A DNA stretch of 64,000 bases from an uncultured Armatimonadetes bacterium (GCA_963716175.1 OY970296.1:384001-448000), one strand, 5' to 3'; positions 38,487 through 49,206 are shown, counted from the stretch's first letter. Numbers and translations: made by a program. The notes: a model not told the origin generated them from the sequence alone.

Positions 38487-39641
38487 ATGCTGCTGACTCG
38501 CCGGGATCTGCTCAGACTCGGTGTCGGATGCACGCTTGGCGCCAGCGCGTGGTCCTGTGGGGCGGGCATACCTATGTCCGCCGAGGGCCGATCCCGCAAC
38601 CTGGCGCCCAGCGCGGGCGATAACCCGAAGTGGACGCACCAGGCTGAGTACTACCGCAAGCTTGGCAAGCAGCGAGTGCGCTGCCTGCTCTGCCCGAGAG
38701 AGTGCGAGGTGGGCCCGGCCGAGCGCGGCTTCTGCGGCGTGCGGGAGAACCGGGAGGGCGAGTACTACACTCTGGTCTACGGACGGGCCGCCTCGGTCAA
38801 CGTTGACCCCATCGAGAAGAAGCCGCTCTTCCACGTGAAGCCCGGCAGCCCGGTCTTCTCCTTCGCCACCGCAGGCTGCAACCTGGCCTGCAAGAACTGC
38901 CAGAACTGGCAGCTGTCGCAGTCCCGCCCGGAGCAGGTGCCCGCGGTTGATCTGCCTCCCGCCAAGCTGGTGGAGGCCGCTCGCGATCAAGGCTGCACTC
39001 TGATCGCCGGCACCTACTCCGAGCCGATAGTCTTCGCTGAGTACATGTTGGCCGTCGCCAGGGAGGGGAACAAGCGCGGGGTTCGCTCCACCATGATCAG
39101 CGCGGGCTACATCAGCCGTCAGCCTTTGGTTGACCTCTGCCGGGAGCTGGCCGCCGTCAAGATTGATCTCAAGTCCATGCGAGATGGCTTCTACCGCGAC
39201 AACTGCGCCGGCACCCTGAAACCGGTGCTGGACAGCATCGAGCTGATCAGGAAGCAGAAGGTGTGGCTCGAGATCGTGTACCTGGTGGTGCCGACCCTCA
39301 ACGACAGCGAGCGAGAGATTCGGGACCTGGCGCGCTGGGTGAAAGGTCACGTTGGCACTGACGTTCCCCTGCACTTCAGCCGCTTCTACCCGCAGTATCG
39401 CCTGAAGAACCTGCCTCCGACTCCCTACGAGACGCTCTCTCGCTGCTACCAGATCGCCCGCGCCGAGGGGCTGCACTACGTCTACGTGGGCAACGTCCCC
39501 GGCAGTCCGGCGGAGAGCACCTACTGCCCGAAGTGCGGTAAGCGGCTCGTCCATCGCGAGGGATATCGCGTGAGTGAGATCCGCATCAAGCGCGGGCGGT
39601 GCCAGTATTGCCAACAGATCATCCCGGGCCTGTGGTCTTGA
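38487..39641 (+). CDS. amrS: AmmeMemoRadiSam radical SAM enzyme with a Tat signal
   Basis: MLLTRRDLL; CLLCPREC..GFCGVR; DPIEKKPLFH; GCNLACKNCQNW; LHFSRFYP; CPKC and CQYC. Confidence 0.92.
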   Translation: MLLTRRDLLRLGVGCTLGASAWSCGAGIPMSAEGRSRNLAPSAGDNPKWTHQAEYYRKLGKQRVRCLLCPRECEVGPAERGFCGVRENREGEYYTLVYGRAASVNVDPIEKKPLFHVKPGSPVFSFATAGCNLACKNCQNWQLSQSRPEQVPAVDLPPAKLVEAARDQGCTLIAGTYSEPIVFAEYMLAVAREGNKRGVRSTMISAGYISRQPLVDLCRELAAVKIDLKSMRDGFYRDNCAGTLKPVLDSIELIRKQKVWLEIVYLVVPTLNDSEREIRDLARWVKGHVGTDVPLHFSRFYPQYRLKNLPPTPYETLSRCYQIARAEGLHYVYVGNVPGSPAESTYCPKCGKRLVHREGYRVSEIRIKRGRCQYCQQIIPGLWS

Positions 39642-41926
39642 GCGCAGACGCACGGAGACGGCGTCTCCCGCTTCCGGCTCGCCTGCTCTTTGCCTGCCTG
39701 GTGATGGGCCTCACCGCCCTGATGGCCCAGGTCGTCCTGACCCGGGAGCTCCTCGGGCTCTTCTACGGCAACGAGCTCTCCATCGCCCTGGTGCTCGCCG
39801 TCTGGCTAGTCGCGGTGGCCGCCGGAAGCGCGGTCGGGGCTCGATTCGGGCAGCGCTTGCACACACCCGAGCGCGCCTTCGGATGGTCCCAGGCGGCGAT
39901 GGCCGGTCTGCTCCCTGTCTCTCTTGCCCTGGCGCGGCGAGTGCAGCCAGGCAGCCCAGCCCCGGGACAGGTGCTCGGCCCCGGAGCGATGTTGCTCGCC
40001 TCGCTCGAGACCCTGGCGCCGGTCTGCTTGCTGGCAGGAGTTCAGTTCGTGCTGGCGGCGCGCGCCGCAGCCGACCAGCGGAGAACCAGCGCCGCCTCCG
40101 CAGTCTCCGGTGTGGCGGCCGTCTATGCCCTCGAGGCCGCGGGGGCGGTGATCGGCGGGGTCGTCTTCCCGGTCTGGTTCGCCCAGCATGCGGGTCCGTT
40201 CTTCACGCTCTCAGCGCTCGGTCTGCTGAACCTGGCCTCAGCTGCTCTCCTGCTCCGGTCTTCTCTCTCGCGCGCCGGACTCCGCTCGCTGGCGCCGGTC
40301 TGCCTGCTCGCCGCCGCGCTGCTGGCGCTTGGAGCGACAGCCGGCCGGGTCGAGATGGCGACCCTGCGCGCCAGCCCCCGCTGGGCGAATCTGAACCCGG
40401 TCGCCGTTGCCTCCTCCCGTTACGGCGCACTCGTCGTCGCTCGGCAAGCAGGACAGGTGGCCTTTTTCCAGAGCGGTGTGCTGCTGTTCACCTCGCAGGA
40501 TGACTATGCCAACGAGGTGGCAGTGCATCTTCCCATGCTCGAGCACGCTGACCCGCGCCGGGTGCTGATCATCGGCGGCAACATCGCAGGCCTGGCAGGA
40601 GAGGCGCTCAAGCATCCGATCAGCCGGCTGGACTGCGTGGAGCTCGACCCGCGGGTGGTGCAGCTGGCGCGGCAGTGGCTCCCATCCCCATCGCTGCGCC
40701 CACTGCAGGATGCTCGCGTTCACCTTCACATCGGTGACGCCCGGCCCTTCGTCCGCGCTGCTGAGGGCAGATATGATGTCATCATCGTCAACCTGCCGGA
40801 CCCCACCACCGCGGCCCTCAATCGCTTCTACACCGCCGACTTCTTCCAGCAGGCGAAGCGGGCGCTGACTGCCAGCGGCCTCCTTGCCATCGGCCTCACC
40901 GGCTCCGAAGCGCAGCTTACCGGCGCGGTTCAGCTCGCGGCTGCCACCACTGACCACACGCTCGCCGCCGTCTGGCCCGACCGGGTGATCGTGCCGGGGG
41001 AGCGCATGCTGTTTCTCGCGGCAGCGCACCCAGATGCGCTGACCTCCGACTGGCGCGCCCTCTCCCAGCGCCTCGCCGGCCGCAGGCTCCAGACCAGCTT
41101 CGTCAACCAGGCCTGGCTTCAGGACGCGCTGCTTCCCCTCCATGCCGGACTCGCCCGCGCGGCCATCGCACAGGTGGGGGACCTGCGCCTCAACACCGAC
41201 CTGAACCCCGTCAGCTACTACCACCAGACCCGGATCTGGCTGGATCAGCTCTCGCCCGGCGTCTCGCGGTCGCTGCGCTGGCTCTCCCACCTCTCGGTGT
41301 GGTGGGCGCTGGCCTGGTTCGCGCTCGCCGCGCTGCTGGTGACTCTCACCCGCGGTCGAGTGCGGAAGGCCGCGGCCATTCTCTTCGCCACCGCGGCCAT
41401 CGGCGGGTTCGGGTTGATCACGGAGGTGCTCGCCCTGCTCGCCTTCCAGAGCGCCTGCGGTTACCTCTACCAGGCGCTGGCGATCTTGATGGCCGCCTTC
41501 ATGGCCGGTCTGGCGGCCGGCGCCGCCGTGTTGGGCAGGCACAGCGCTGACCGCGTCGCTTGCAGCCGCTTGCTGGCCATGATTCTGGCGGCGGCGGCTG
41601 GGCTCTGCCTCGCGCTGCCCTGGGTATTCCGCGCCCTTCTGCGCGCTCCTGGGCTGGCCGGGACAGGCCTCGGCCTGATCTTGATGCTCGCCGGGTTTCT
41701 GGTCGGAGCAGCCTTCCCCCTCCTCACTGCGCTCTACGGCCGCGAGCAGCAGGCCGCGAGAGCCGGTGGTGCGATCTACGCGGCCGACCTGATAGGATCC
41801 GCGGGCGCGGCGCTGGTGGCCGGGGTGGCCGCAGTCCCGCTGCTCGGCGTAGCCGGGGTCTCTTACGCCACCGCCATGTGGTTGGCCGCCGCGCTGGCGC
41901 TGATTGCCGTCTCCTTGCAGCGGTAA
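39638..41926 (+). CDS. Membrane-bound spermidine synthase-like protein (TM bundle, SAM/dcSAM-binding domain, TM bundle)
   Basis: FYGNELS, YALEAAG, VLIIGG, VELDP, GDAR, YDVIIVNLPDP, NRFYT, YAADLIGS; TTG overlaps the amrS stop. Confidence 0.8.
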   Translation: MSADARRRRLPLPARLLFACLVMGLTALMAQVVLTRELLGLFYGNELSIALVLAVWLVAVAAGSAVGARFGQRLHTPERAFGWSQAAMAGLLPVSLALARRVQPGSPAPGQVLGPGAMLLASLETLAPVCLLAGVQFVLAARAAADQRRTSAASAVSGVAAVYALEAAGAVIGGVVFPVWFAQHAGPFFTLSALGLLNLASAALLLRSSLSRAGLRSLAPVCLLAAALLALGATAGRVEMATLRASPRWANLNPVAVASSRYGALVVARQAGQVAFFQSGVLLFTSQDDYANEVAVHLPMLEHADPRRVLIIGGNIAGLAGEALKHPISRLDCVELDPRVVQLARQWLPSPSLRPLQDARVHLHIGDARPFVRAAEGRYDVIIVNLPDPTTAALNRFYTADFFQQAKRALTASGLLAIGLTGSEAQLTGAVQLAAATTDHTLAAVWPDRVIVPGERMLFLAAAHPDALTSDWRALSQRLAGRRLQTSFVNQAWLQDALLPLHAGLARAAIAQVGDLRLNTDLNPVSYYHQTRIWLDQLSPGVSRSLRWLSHLSVWWALAWFALAALLVTLTRGRVRKAAAILFATAAIGGFGLITEVLALLAFQSACGYLYQALAILMAAFMAGLAAGAAVLGRHSADRVACSRLLAMILAAAAGLCLALPWVFRALLRAPGLAGTGLGLILMLAGFLVGAAFPLLTALYGREQQAARAGGAIYAADLIGSAGAALVAGVAAVPLLGVAGVSYATAMWLAAALALIAVSLQR

Positions 41927-42032
41927 GTGCCCTCGTCGCCGTTCGACAGACCGCGTGGGGTGTCATCGTTCCGTCCGGGTCCGCCGCGTATGCCTCTGCT
42001 GCCATGCCGCCCCGGAAACGGCCGCCCGAGTA

Positions 42033-42074
42033 GTGGCGCGGGTTTGTCGGGAACGAAGCGAGCGACAACCTGCG
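42033..42074 (+). repeat. REP-like hairpin GTGGCGCGGGTT...AACCTGCG with an enlarged loop
   Basis: Imperfect inverted repeat related to the GCAGGTT..AACCTGC REP at 51889. Confidence 0.35.
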
Positions 42075-42168
42075 TAAGAGGCGGCCAGAGGAGGAGCTGA
42101 CGCGCTGACGAACTCATGCTGCCGGAGCGATGTTGCTACGGACAGACCGAGGTGATGAGGAGTGAGAG

Positions 42169-43297
42169 ATGCGAAAGCTGCGAGCAATCCAGGTTGGAGT
42201 CGCGGGCATCGGGAGCGAGCATCTGCGGTCGCTGCTGGCCAACGACAAGTTTGAGCTGGTCGCGGTGTGCGACGCTTACCCGCGACGGCCGGATGTGAAG
42301 GAAGGGCTGGCGAAAGCGAGGCAGGTGGGGATCCCGACGTTCTCCGACTACCGGAAGGCGTTGGGGGAGATGGAGGCCGACGTCGCCATCATCTGCACCC
42401 CGCACCATTGGCACGCGCCCATGACCGTCGCGGCGCTGAAGCGAGGCCTACACGTCTTCGTAGAGAAGCCGCCGGCCTCGGCGCCCTCGGACGCGCGGGC
42501 GATGCTGGCGGCTCAGAAGCGGGCCCGCAAAGTGGTGGCGGTGGGCTTCGGCCCCACCGCGAGTGCTGGATGCATCGGGCTCAAGCAGCATATCGCGGGG
42601 CGACTTGGGGGAGATTCGCGAGGTAGTCGTCGTCCTGAACTGGTATCGGGAAGACTCCTACTACCGCCGCGCCGCCTGGGTGGGGAGGAAACGGGTGGAC
42701 GGGAAGTGGTGCCGGGACGGCGTGATCTTCAACCAGGGCAGCCACTCGGTGGCAGCCGCGCTGCTGCTGGCCAACACGCACCCCTGGCCGGAGATGTCAG
42801 TGGGACGGCGGGCGCATGCCGAGCTGTACCGCGGGCATCCGGTGAAGCGATTGGAGATGGAAGATCTGGCCTGCGCGGTGGTGGAGCTGGGCGGGCACGC
42901 CGGCGCGCGGCTCTACCTGTACGCCACCACCTGCAATCCGGCCGGGAACAGCGTCACGTGGGTGAAGGTGTTCGGAGACAAGGGGCAGGCGACGCTGGGC
43001 ACCGGACGGATCGAGCTGCACAATGGTCGTTCGCTGGCGGTGACGCCCGCGAAGGGCGTGGTGAGCAAGCACGACAACCTCTACCAGGCGATCACTCAGG
43101 GCGCCGCACCCTATGCCTCGCTGGCGCAGTCAGTGAAGGTGACAGAAACCATAGACGCCATCTACCGGGGCGCGCGCCACCGCATTCAGCCAGTGCCGTG
43201 GAAGGAGCTGGGCCAACTGCCGGAGGTGATCGCCCGGGCGGCGGCCCAGAGATGCTTGTTCAGTCAGGTGACGGACGCTCCTTCGTGGGCGGGCTGA
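42169..43297 (+). CDS. Gfo/Idh/MocA oxidoreductase, frameshift near 42597
   Basis: QVGVAGIG, TPHHWH, HVFVEKP; continues GDLGEIR...DGVIFNQGSH in the 42563 frame. Confidence 0.82.
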
Positions 43298-43304
43298 AGG
43301 CGGC

Positions 43305-44276
43305 ATGGGCAAGAAGGATGACCTGAGGTCAGCGCTCCAGTGCCGGCAGCCGCAGGGAGCGGTGCCCATCTGGGAGCTCGAGTTTCATCTCTGGGAGGCG
43401 GCCTCAGGCCAGCACGTAGTGCTGGGGCACGAGTTCGCGGGGCTTACCGCGGCGGAGCGGGAGCGGGCGCTGCGCAGCAATGCTGAGCTGATCCTGTCCG
43501 TCTGCGCGGAGCTGGGTTTCGCCGGGCTGACCCCACCCGGTGGGTTCTGGCAAATCGCTCCCGGCCAACTGGCTTACTGGGTGCTGCCAGAAGAAGCGCG
43601 CTGGGAGCAGATCCGCATCCTGAGAAAGCTGGCTCCGCCGGACCTGATGCTGATCAGCGGCGCCGGCGGGGTGCTGACCCCGCCCTCGCAGGGGTACGAG
43701 CAGTTCGCCTACCAGTTGTACGACGCGCCAGACGCGGTAGAGGAGATGGCGCGGGAGGCCCGGGATGCCGGGATCGAGACCGCGAAGCGCCTCCGGGACC
43801 TCGGAGTGGAGGCGGTCTACTGCGCCGCCGACATCGCGGACAACCACGGTCCCTACTTCACTCCGTCGCAGATGGACAGGTTCGTCCTCCCCTACCTCCA
43901 CACGTGGGCTGAAGGAGTGAAGGCCTTGGGCCTCTATGCCATCCTGCACAGCGACGGCGATCTGATGCCGGTGATTGACGATCTGGCCGCCAGCGGCCTG
44001 AGCGCGCTGCAAGCAGTTGACCCGATCGCTGGCATGGATATCGTGGAGGTCAAGCAGAGAGTGAGAGATCGCCTCTGCCTGTGCGGGAACATTGACTGCG
44101 GCTTGCTGCATCTGGGCCCCGCAGACAGGATATACGAGACCACGCGCGACACGCTGGCGGCCTGCAAGCCGGGGGGCGGATTCGTGCTGGGCGCGAGCAA
44201 CGCGGTCTTCCGCGAGACTCCCATCGAGCACTACCGCGAGATGGTTCGCGCGTGGCGCGACCACGGGCGTTACTGA
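43305..44276 (+). CDS. Uroporphyrinogen decarboxylase/MtaA-CmuA-like protein
   Basis: ADIADNHGP, ILHSDG, LCGNID, PGGGFVLGASN. Confidence 0.85.
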   Translation: MGKKDDLRSALQCRQPQGAVPIWELEFHLWEAASGQHVVLGHEFAGLTAAERERALRSNAELILSVCAELGFAGLTPPGGFWQIAPGQLAYWVLPEEARWEQIRILRKLAPPDLMLISGAGGVLTPPSQGYEQFAYQLYDAPDAVEEMAREARDAGIETAKRLRDLGVEAVYCAADIADNHGPYFTPSQMDRFVLPYLHTWAEGVKALGLYAILHSDGDLMPVIDDLAASGLSALQAVDPIAGMDIVEVKQRVRDRLCLCGNIDCGLLHLGPADRIYETTRDTLAACKPGGGFVLGASNAVFRETPIEHYREMVRAWRDHGRY

Positions 44277-44286
44277 CCGCGGAACG

Positions 44287-47200
44287 CTACGGCTTCTCAG
44301 GTATCTCGCTCTCCTTCACCCCCCTCACGGCCAGCGCCCGCAGCACCAGCGGCGTCGGGCTCCAGTTGAACCCGGCGCCGGATGTTTGCACCGTGCGCAC
44401 GGGGCGGGCCCCGGCCTCCTCGCTGGCCTCGTCCCAGACCCCGGTCCAGTATCTCCGATCCCGGGGATAGACCCCAAGATGGAACCGTCTCTGAGCCAGA
44501 TTCGCCAGCAGCCGATCGGCGAATCTTCTTTCCCCGGTCTTGTCGAGGGCATAGGCGAGCAGCAGAAAGTAGCTGTTCACTTGCGGCTCGGTCTCGGCGC
44601 AGTAGATGGCGTGCCGGTAGAGCATGTCCCACAGCCGGTCATCTCCTGTGAGGTACTCCAACTCGATCATGGCGTGGATGGCGCCGAAGCCGTGGAGGAA
44701 CATGAGCCCATGGGTGTCCTCCGGCGGTATTGAGTCGCTGAGGCGGCGGCCGGTCGCCGCCTCGATGGCGAACCCGTGATGAGGCAAGTAGCCATTGGGC
44801 GCGATGTACTCGCCGTACGCATGGCAGACTGCCAGCGCTCGCTCCCGCCACACCGCATCACCGGTCATCTCCCACCTGACCAGGAATCCGTAGAGCACGG
44901 CTCCGAGGTCGGCCGACTGACCGAGACGGTAATGGAGATAGCGCTCCTCCACCACCGCTTCCATGATGTCTCGACTCCGCAGGTCACCGGTCAGGTAGTA
45001 GTAGAAGCGATTGGGCGTCGGCTGGCTGATGCGGATCTCGAAGTCCCCGTCACCCCAGTGGTTGACGTTATGCCGGGTGTGCCCGTAGTACCGGTACGGC
45101 CCCCAGTGGAAGATGTCCACATCCTGGTTGTGGCGCGCGCTGATGGCGCCAGCGTCGAAGTAGGGCCGGTATCCGGTGTGAAAGAAGGTCATGAAACAGC
45201 CCAGGGCATCCTGGCCCTCGGTGTTGCTCCATCCCCAGCGACCGATGTCGTAGCACCAGCCATCGCGCAGCAGATAGGGGCCATCATCGTGGTACTGGAT
45301 CGGAGGCCGCCAGGTGTGGCCGATGTCGCCGTAGTCAACCAGCCCGTACCAGGAGAACCGCTGGCGGTTGAAGATGAACCAGTCGCAGATGTCGGTGAGG
45401 GTCCGCTCCAGCTTCGGGTAGGACTCATTGTAGGCCGAGAACCGTCCCGCCACGCCGACCTCCGCGTAGTGGCTGGGGTGGCAGAGCGCGATGGGCCTCT
45501 CCTGGAATCCCCTTGCCAGCGCTTTCGCCTCCTCGCATCTCAATGATCCTACGTGGAAGGCGAAGACGGCGGTGCTCGTCTTCGCCAGGCCGGTGGCGTA
45601 GCCGACGTTGCGCGCCTCGCCCTGGTAGGGCCAGGGGTGGGTGGTCTCGCCGACCTGGGGATACATCCATGGGGAATAGCGCCTGAGATCCAGCGGTGGG
45701 GCCTCCGGTGGCCAGAACCAGGCCGTGACCCGCTTCCCATCTGCGTCCAATGAGATCCCCTTGGCGAACTCCTGCCAGAAATCCTGGACGGCCACAGTCA
45801 GGCCCCACTCCCGGTTGGAGATGTCGGCCCAGCCGGCCGAGCGCTCGCCTTCCCACATCTCCTGGGCCGGCCCCCCAGAGGCCGGGCACCCCCAGACCAC
45901 TGCTCTGCTCAGGCTCTCCTGCAACACCTCGCCCGAAGAGATGCCGTCGCCCAGACGTATGGGAGCAGCGTCTCCGGCGAACGCGCACTCCGGCGTCTCC
46001 TCCATGCGAAGAGGCAAGCTCAGCCCGGCGGCCTTGAGAAACTCGCCCTGCGGATCGAGGGCGTAGGTGAAGGTGTGCTGCGCTCTGATCCAGGGCTTGC
46101 CCGCAAAGGCTTCCAGGCGAAGCGTGAACGGCGACTCCCTGCGATTGCAGTACTTGCCGCGGACCAGCACCACCGCACGCAGCGGCCCGCTGCGCTCGAT
46201 CCTGAGTTCCTCGATGCACACTTCGGATTCATCCAGGGTGCCGCGGATGTCGTGATCCCCCGTGACATAGCTGTCACTGCGCACGAAGTCGAGCATGCTC
46301 CTCCGCCCGCCCTCCTGTCCGACCACCAGCTCGTGGTCTTCGAAGCGGCCGTTCTGGTCGAAGTCAAGCCAGGCGCGATCTATGAACCCGGAGCCGTCGC
46401 GATCCACCTCGAAAGCCAGGGGACCGGTCTCCACTCTGATCCCACTCGCGGTCTCATATGCTGTGACGCAGACAGCGGACCGGGGAGACGGCAGGCCCTT
46501 CCTCAAGCAGAAGACCGCGCCAGTGCCAGAAGGCAGATCCACTTGCGCATCCAGCAGCGCCCACTTCACGCTGTGGTCGGGCCAGTAGGCCAGCGCTTCC
46601 GCCTGGCACGGGACTGGCTGCTGATCCGGCCCCAGCAGGCAGAGATCGGTCACCGCAGTGGCCTCCCCTTGATGCAGCGGCACGCCAATGGTGACCGGCC
46701 AGGCCGTGCGTGGCAGGCCCGCGGGCTCGTCTATGCGAAAGATGGCGCCTCCTCCCCTCTCCGTTGCCGCCGGCAGGTCCTCCGGCTTGGTGAACATCAC
46801 CTGCTGTGGGTCGGGCTCGACCTCCTCTGTGACCCCCGCCGGGATGCTCAACTCGTCGAGCGCCTGGGCCATGCTGTCTTCCCACTGCCCGGAATTCGGC
46901 GCCAGAAAGAAGGTATAGGGTTCGCTCAATCGCGCCCCGTCCGCTCCCCGCGGGTCGAGCCGGTGAGCCTGCCGGGGCCAGAACCGGAGCTGGACGGAGC
47001 CCGATAGGTCGCCGGTATCGAGGTCAGCAGCTAGGGACGCGGGCGCATGTTGGGCCATCTCGGCAATCCCGTATCCCAGGCCCCAGGAGCGATCCTCAAT
47101 GTGCATCCACCCCCGCGACCTGGCCCCTCGCCAATGGGTCAGGTTACCAGCGTCCTTGGCGACGGCCTTCCAAAGGCAGCAATCGCGGCGGCCGCTCTGG

Positions 47201-47877
47201 ACCAGGGTCACGAGGTTGAACTCGGGCCAGGGCACCTCGGCGTTCTGTCGGAACCCATACCTGTCGGGCTGGGAAGTGTACCCCTTGATCCCCTGCCACC
47301 ACCTGATCACTTCCGCCGGCAGCTCCCAGATGCGCTTGTCCACTGCGGCGTGAATGGCGCGCCTCCGGAAGCCTTCCCGGCTGCGATAGTGAAAACGCAG
47401 GTCCAGGCCCAGGGCCAGCACCTGGCTGGGCCTGGGTTCCTTGCGCCCCTCCAGAAGCTGGAACACCCCACGCACGACTCCGTCGTCCGTGATCTCCCAC
47501 TCCAGCCGGTAGGGCCAAACCCCGGCCCAGAAGAACCGGCCCAGCACCACCAGCCGCGACCGGCCCTCTTGCTGCACGGAATCGGTCACCGTGCTCAGGC
47601 GATATGGCTCCCCCTGGTACCATGATTCCCGCGCAGCGGGTGCTCTGCCCGCGATCCATTCCGCAGCCGGGATGGTAGGCGCTCTGCCGGGGATCTCCAG
47701 CGCCTCGAGCACGAGCCCCTGACCCGGGCCGGTATCGAGCATCTTCTCGTCTTCCGAGAAGACGCCATCCCCATTGAGGTCGTACCACAATGCGGCTGGA
47801 ACCCCACCGCGCTCCGGGTCGATCCTCAGCTTGAGCCGGCCGGCCGAGATCTCGGGGGCCGTGAGGCTGTCTGTCAT
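44287..47877 (-). CDS. Large exo-rhamnogalacturonan lyase (PcRGLX/YetA)-like protein with an N-terminal extension
   Basis: PVTIGVP...QAEALAYWPDHSVKW, VETGPL, GPLRAVV, WYGLVDYGD, YDIGRWGWSNTE, RHNVNHWG. Confidence 0.65.
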   Translation of the reverse strand: MTDSLTAPEISAGRLKLRIDPERGGVPAALWYDLNGDGVFSEDEKMLDTGPGQGLVLEALEIPGRAPTIPAAEWIAGRAPAARESWYQGEPYRLSTVTDSVQQEGRSRLVVLGRFFWAGVWPYRLEWEITDDGVVRGVFQLLEGRKEPRPSQVLALGLDLRFHYRSREGFRRRAIHAAVDKRIWELPAEVIRWWQGIKGYTSQPDRYGFRQNAEVPWPEFNLVTLVQSGRRDCCLWKAVAKDAGNLTHWRGARSRGWMHIEDRSWGLGYGIAEMAQHAPASLAADLDTGDLSGSVQLRFWPRQAHRLDPRGADGARLSEPYTFFLAPNSGQWEDSMAQALDELSIPAGVTEEVEPDPQQVMFTKPEDLPAATERGGGAIFRIDEPAGLPRTAWPVTIGVPLHQGEATAVTDLCLLGPDQQPVPCQAEALAYWPDHSVKWALLDAQVDLPSGTGAVFCLRKGLPSPRSAVCVTAYETASGIRVETGPLAFEVDRDGSGFIDRAWLDFDQNGRFEDHELVVGQEGGRRSMLDFVRSDSYVTGDHDIRGTLDESEVCIEELRIERSGPLRAVVLVRGKYCNRRESPFTLRLEAFAGKPWIRAQHTFTYALDPQGEFLKAAGLSLPLRMEETPECAFAGDAAPIRLGDGISSGEVLQESLSRAVVWGCPASGGPAQEMWEGERSAGWADISNREWGLTVAVQDFWQEFAKGISLDADGKRVTAWFWPPEAPPLDLRRYSPWMYPQVGETTHPWPYQGEARNVGYATGLAKTSTAVFAFHVGSLRCEEAKALARGFQERPIALCHPSHYAEVGVAGRFSAYNESYPKLERTLTDICDWFIFNRQRFSWYGLVDYGDIGHTWRPPIQYHDDGPYLLRDGWCYDIGRWGWSNTEGQDALGCFMTFFHTGYRPYFDAGAISARHNQDVDIFHWGPYRYYGHTRHNVNHWGDGDFEIRISQPTPNRFYYYLTGDLRSRDIMEAVVEERYLHYRLGQSADLGAVLYGFLVRWEMTGDAVWRERALAVCHAYGEYIAPNGYLPHHGFAIEAATGRRLSDSIPPEDTHGLMFLHGFGAIHAMIELEYLTGDDRLWDMLYRHAIYCAETEPQVNSYFLLLAYALDKTGERRFADRLLANLAQRRFHLGVYPRDRRYWTGVWDEASEEAGARPVRTVQTSGAGFNWSPTPLVLRALAVRGVKESEIPEKP

Positions 47878-47909
47878 GCGATCGCTCCTGTCAAAGCCGC
47901 ACCAGGTCG

Positions 47910-48218
47910 CTATCCCCACCCGGGATCATCCGGGAACACGTTCGTGTACTTGACGCTGGTGCGGGGCTGGGCCATCATCTCCGCCACTGTGTCCCGCCAG
48001 ACCTGGTAGTGTGCGGTTTCCTTGTGCCGGTCGGCATCCTGGGGGGCGCGGTAGACCTCGACGAGAAGGAAGCGCGCGGGGTCATCTAGCTGCTGCAGCA
48101 CGTCGAACCGCGCCACGCCCGGCTCCGCGATGCTGTGGCGGGCGTTCTCGAGGGTGGCCTGGCGGAACTGCTCCGCAGATTCCGGCCTCACCAGGACATG
48201 CACTTGCACGATGAACAT
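47910..48218 (-). CDS. ABM-domain protein (LsrG-like putative monooxygenase/isomerase)
   Basis: GAGGGG RBS; [31 protein letters not shown]. Confidence 0.85.
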   Translation of the reverse strand: MFIVQVHVLVRPESAEQFRQATLENARHSIAEPGVARFDVLQQLDDPARFLLVEVYRAPQDADRHKETAHYQVWRDTVAEMMAQPRTSVKYTNVFPDDPGWG

Positions 48219-48404
48219 GCTGCCCCTCCTCCGCGATGTGCGTTCACTGCGCTCCTGCACTGGACTGTGATTCCAGCCTCCCGCCGCCACTTCCTGTGAG
48301 CGACAGCCCGGGCGGCCGCAGGCATTCCACCCCCCGCGCCGAAGAGTGTCCCCGGCCTCGCAACGGCCCCAGAAGGCCGAAACCAGACAACCGGAGGGAG
48401 TTCC

Positions 48405-49160
48405 ATGAGCAAACCGCGCGTGGGTGTCCAGCTCATCGTCTACGGAGAGCGGGCGGAGAGCGATCTGCCCGGCGTGCTGTCCGAAGTGGCGGCCGCCGGA
48501 TATGCCGGCTTCGAGGGCGGACTGCCGGCCGACCAGAAAGAGGTCCAGCAGGTGCAAGCCGCGCTGGCGAAGACCGGCCTTGCCTTCACCGGTGGGCATG
48601 CCAGTCTGGAGCAGTTGGAAGACCTGGCCGGGCTGAAAGCGCGCCTCGGCCACATCAAAGCCCTCGGCGGCCGCTATCTGATCTCCTCAGGTGGCGGAGA
48701 GACCCTGGACGACTACCTGCGGGCGGCGAAGACCCTCAACCAGGCCGGGCAGCTCTGCCAGGCGGAGGGGATGACGCTCTGCTACCACAACCACCACTGG
48801 GAGTTCGCCAAGTTCGGCGCCACCCCCGCCATTCACACCATGATCTCTGCCACCGACCCGAAGCTGGTGAAGCTCTGCCCTGACGTCTACTGGGTGCACG
48901 TGGGGGGAGAGAAGCCGGCCGAGTTCGCCGCCCGCTACCAGGATCGCTGCCCCTACTTCCACTTCAAGGACGGGTTGGGCGGGGACCAGGACCGCGACTT
49001 CCGCGAGCTGGGCCGGGGAAAGGTTGACCTGCCGGCGGCCTTGCAGGCGGCGCTGGCCTGCAACCCGGACTGGATCGTGGTCGAGCAGGACACCACCCAG
49101 CTCACCCCGGCCGAGTCCTGCCGCATCAGCCGGGAATACCTGAGAAGCCTCGGCCTGTAG
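48405..49160 (+). CDS. Sugar phosphate isomerase/epimerase (xylose isomerase-like TIM barrel)
   Basis: [26 protein letters not shown]; GGAGG RBS. Confidence 0.88.
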   Translation: MSKPRVGVQLIVYGERAESDLPGVLSEVAAAGYAGFEGGLPADQKEVQQVQAALAKTGLAFTGGHASLEQLEDLAGLKARLGHIKALGGRYLISSGGGETLDDYLRAAKTLNQAGQLCQAEGMTLCYHNHHWEFAKFGATPAIHTMISATDPKLVKLCPDVYWVHVGGEKPAEFAARYQDRCPYFHFKDGLGGDQDRDFRELGRGKVDLPAALQAALACNPDWIVVEQDTTQLTPAESCRISREYLRSLGL

Positions 49161-49206
49161 GGGCGCAGTTCACTGCGCCCTCGGGCGTGATGAATCACGC
49201 CCCTAC
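49157..49206. repeat. REP doublet (REPIN-like)
   Basis: GTAGGGGCGCAGTTCACTGCGCCC-TC-GGGCGTGATGAATCACGCCCCTAC; the GTAG supplies the upstream TAG stop. Confidence 0.75.

Noticed and set aside
47910-48218. LsrG as evidence of an AI-2 quorum-sensing locus
   Set aside because: No lsrK/lsrF/lsrABCD nearby, and ABM proteins are common in sugar loci
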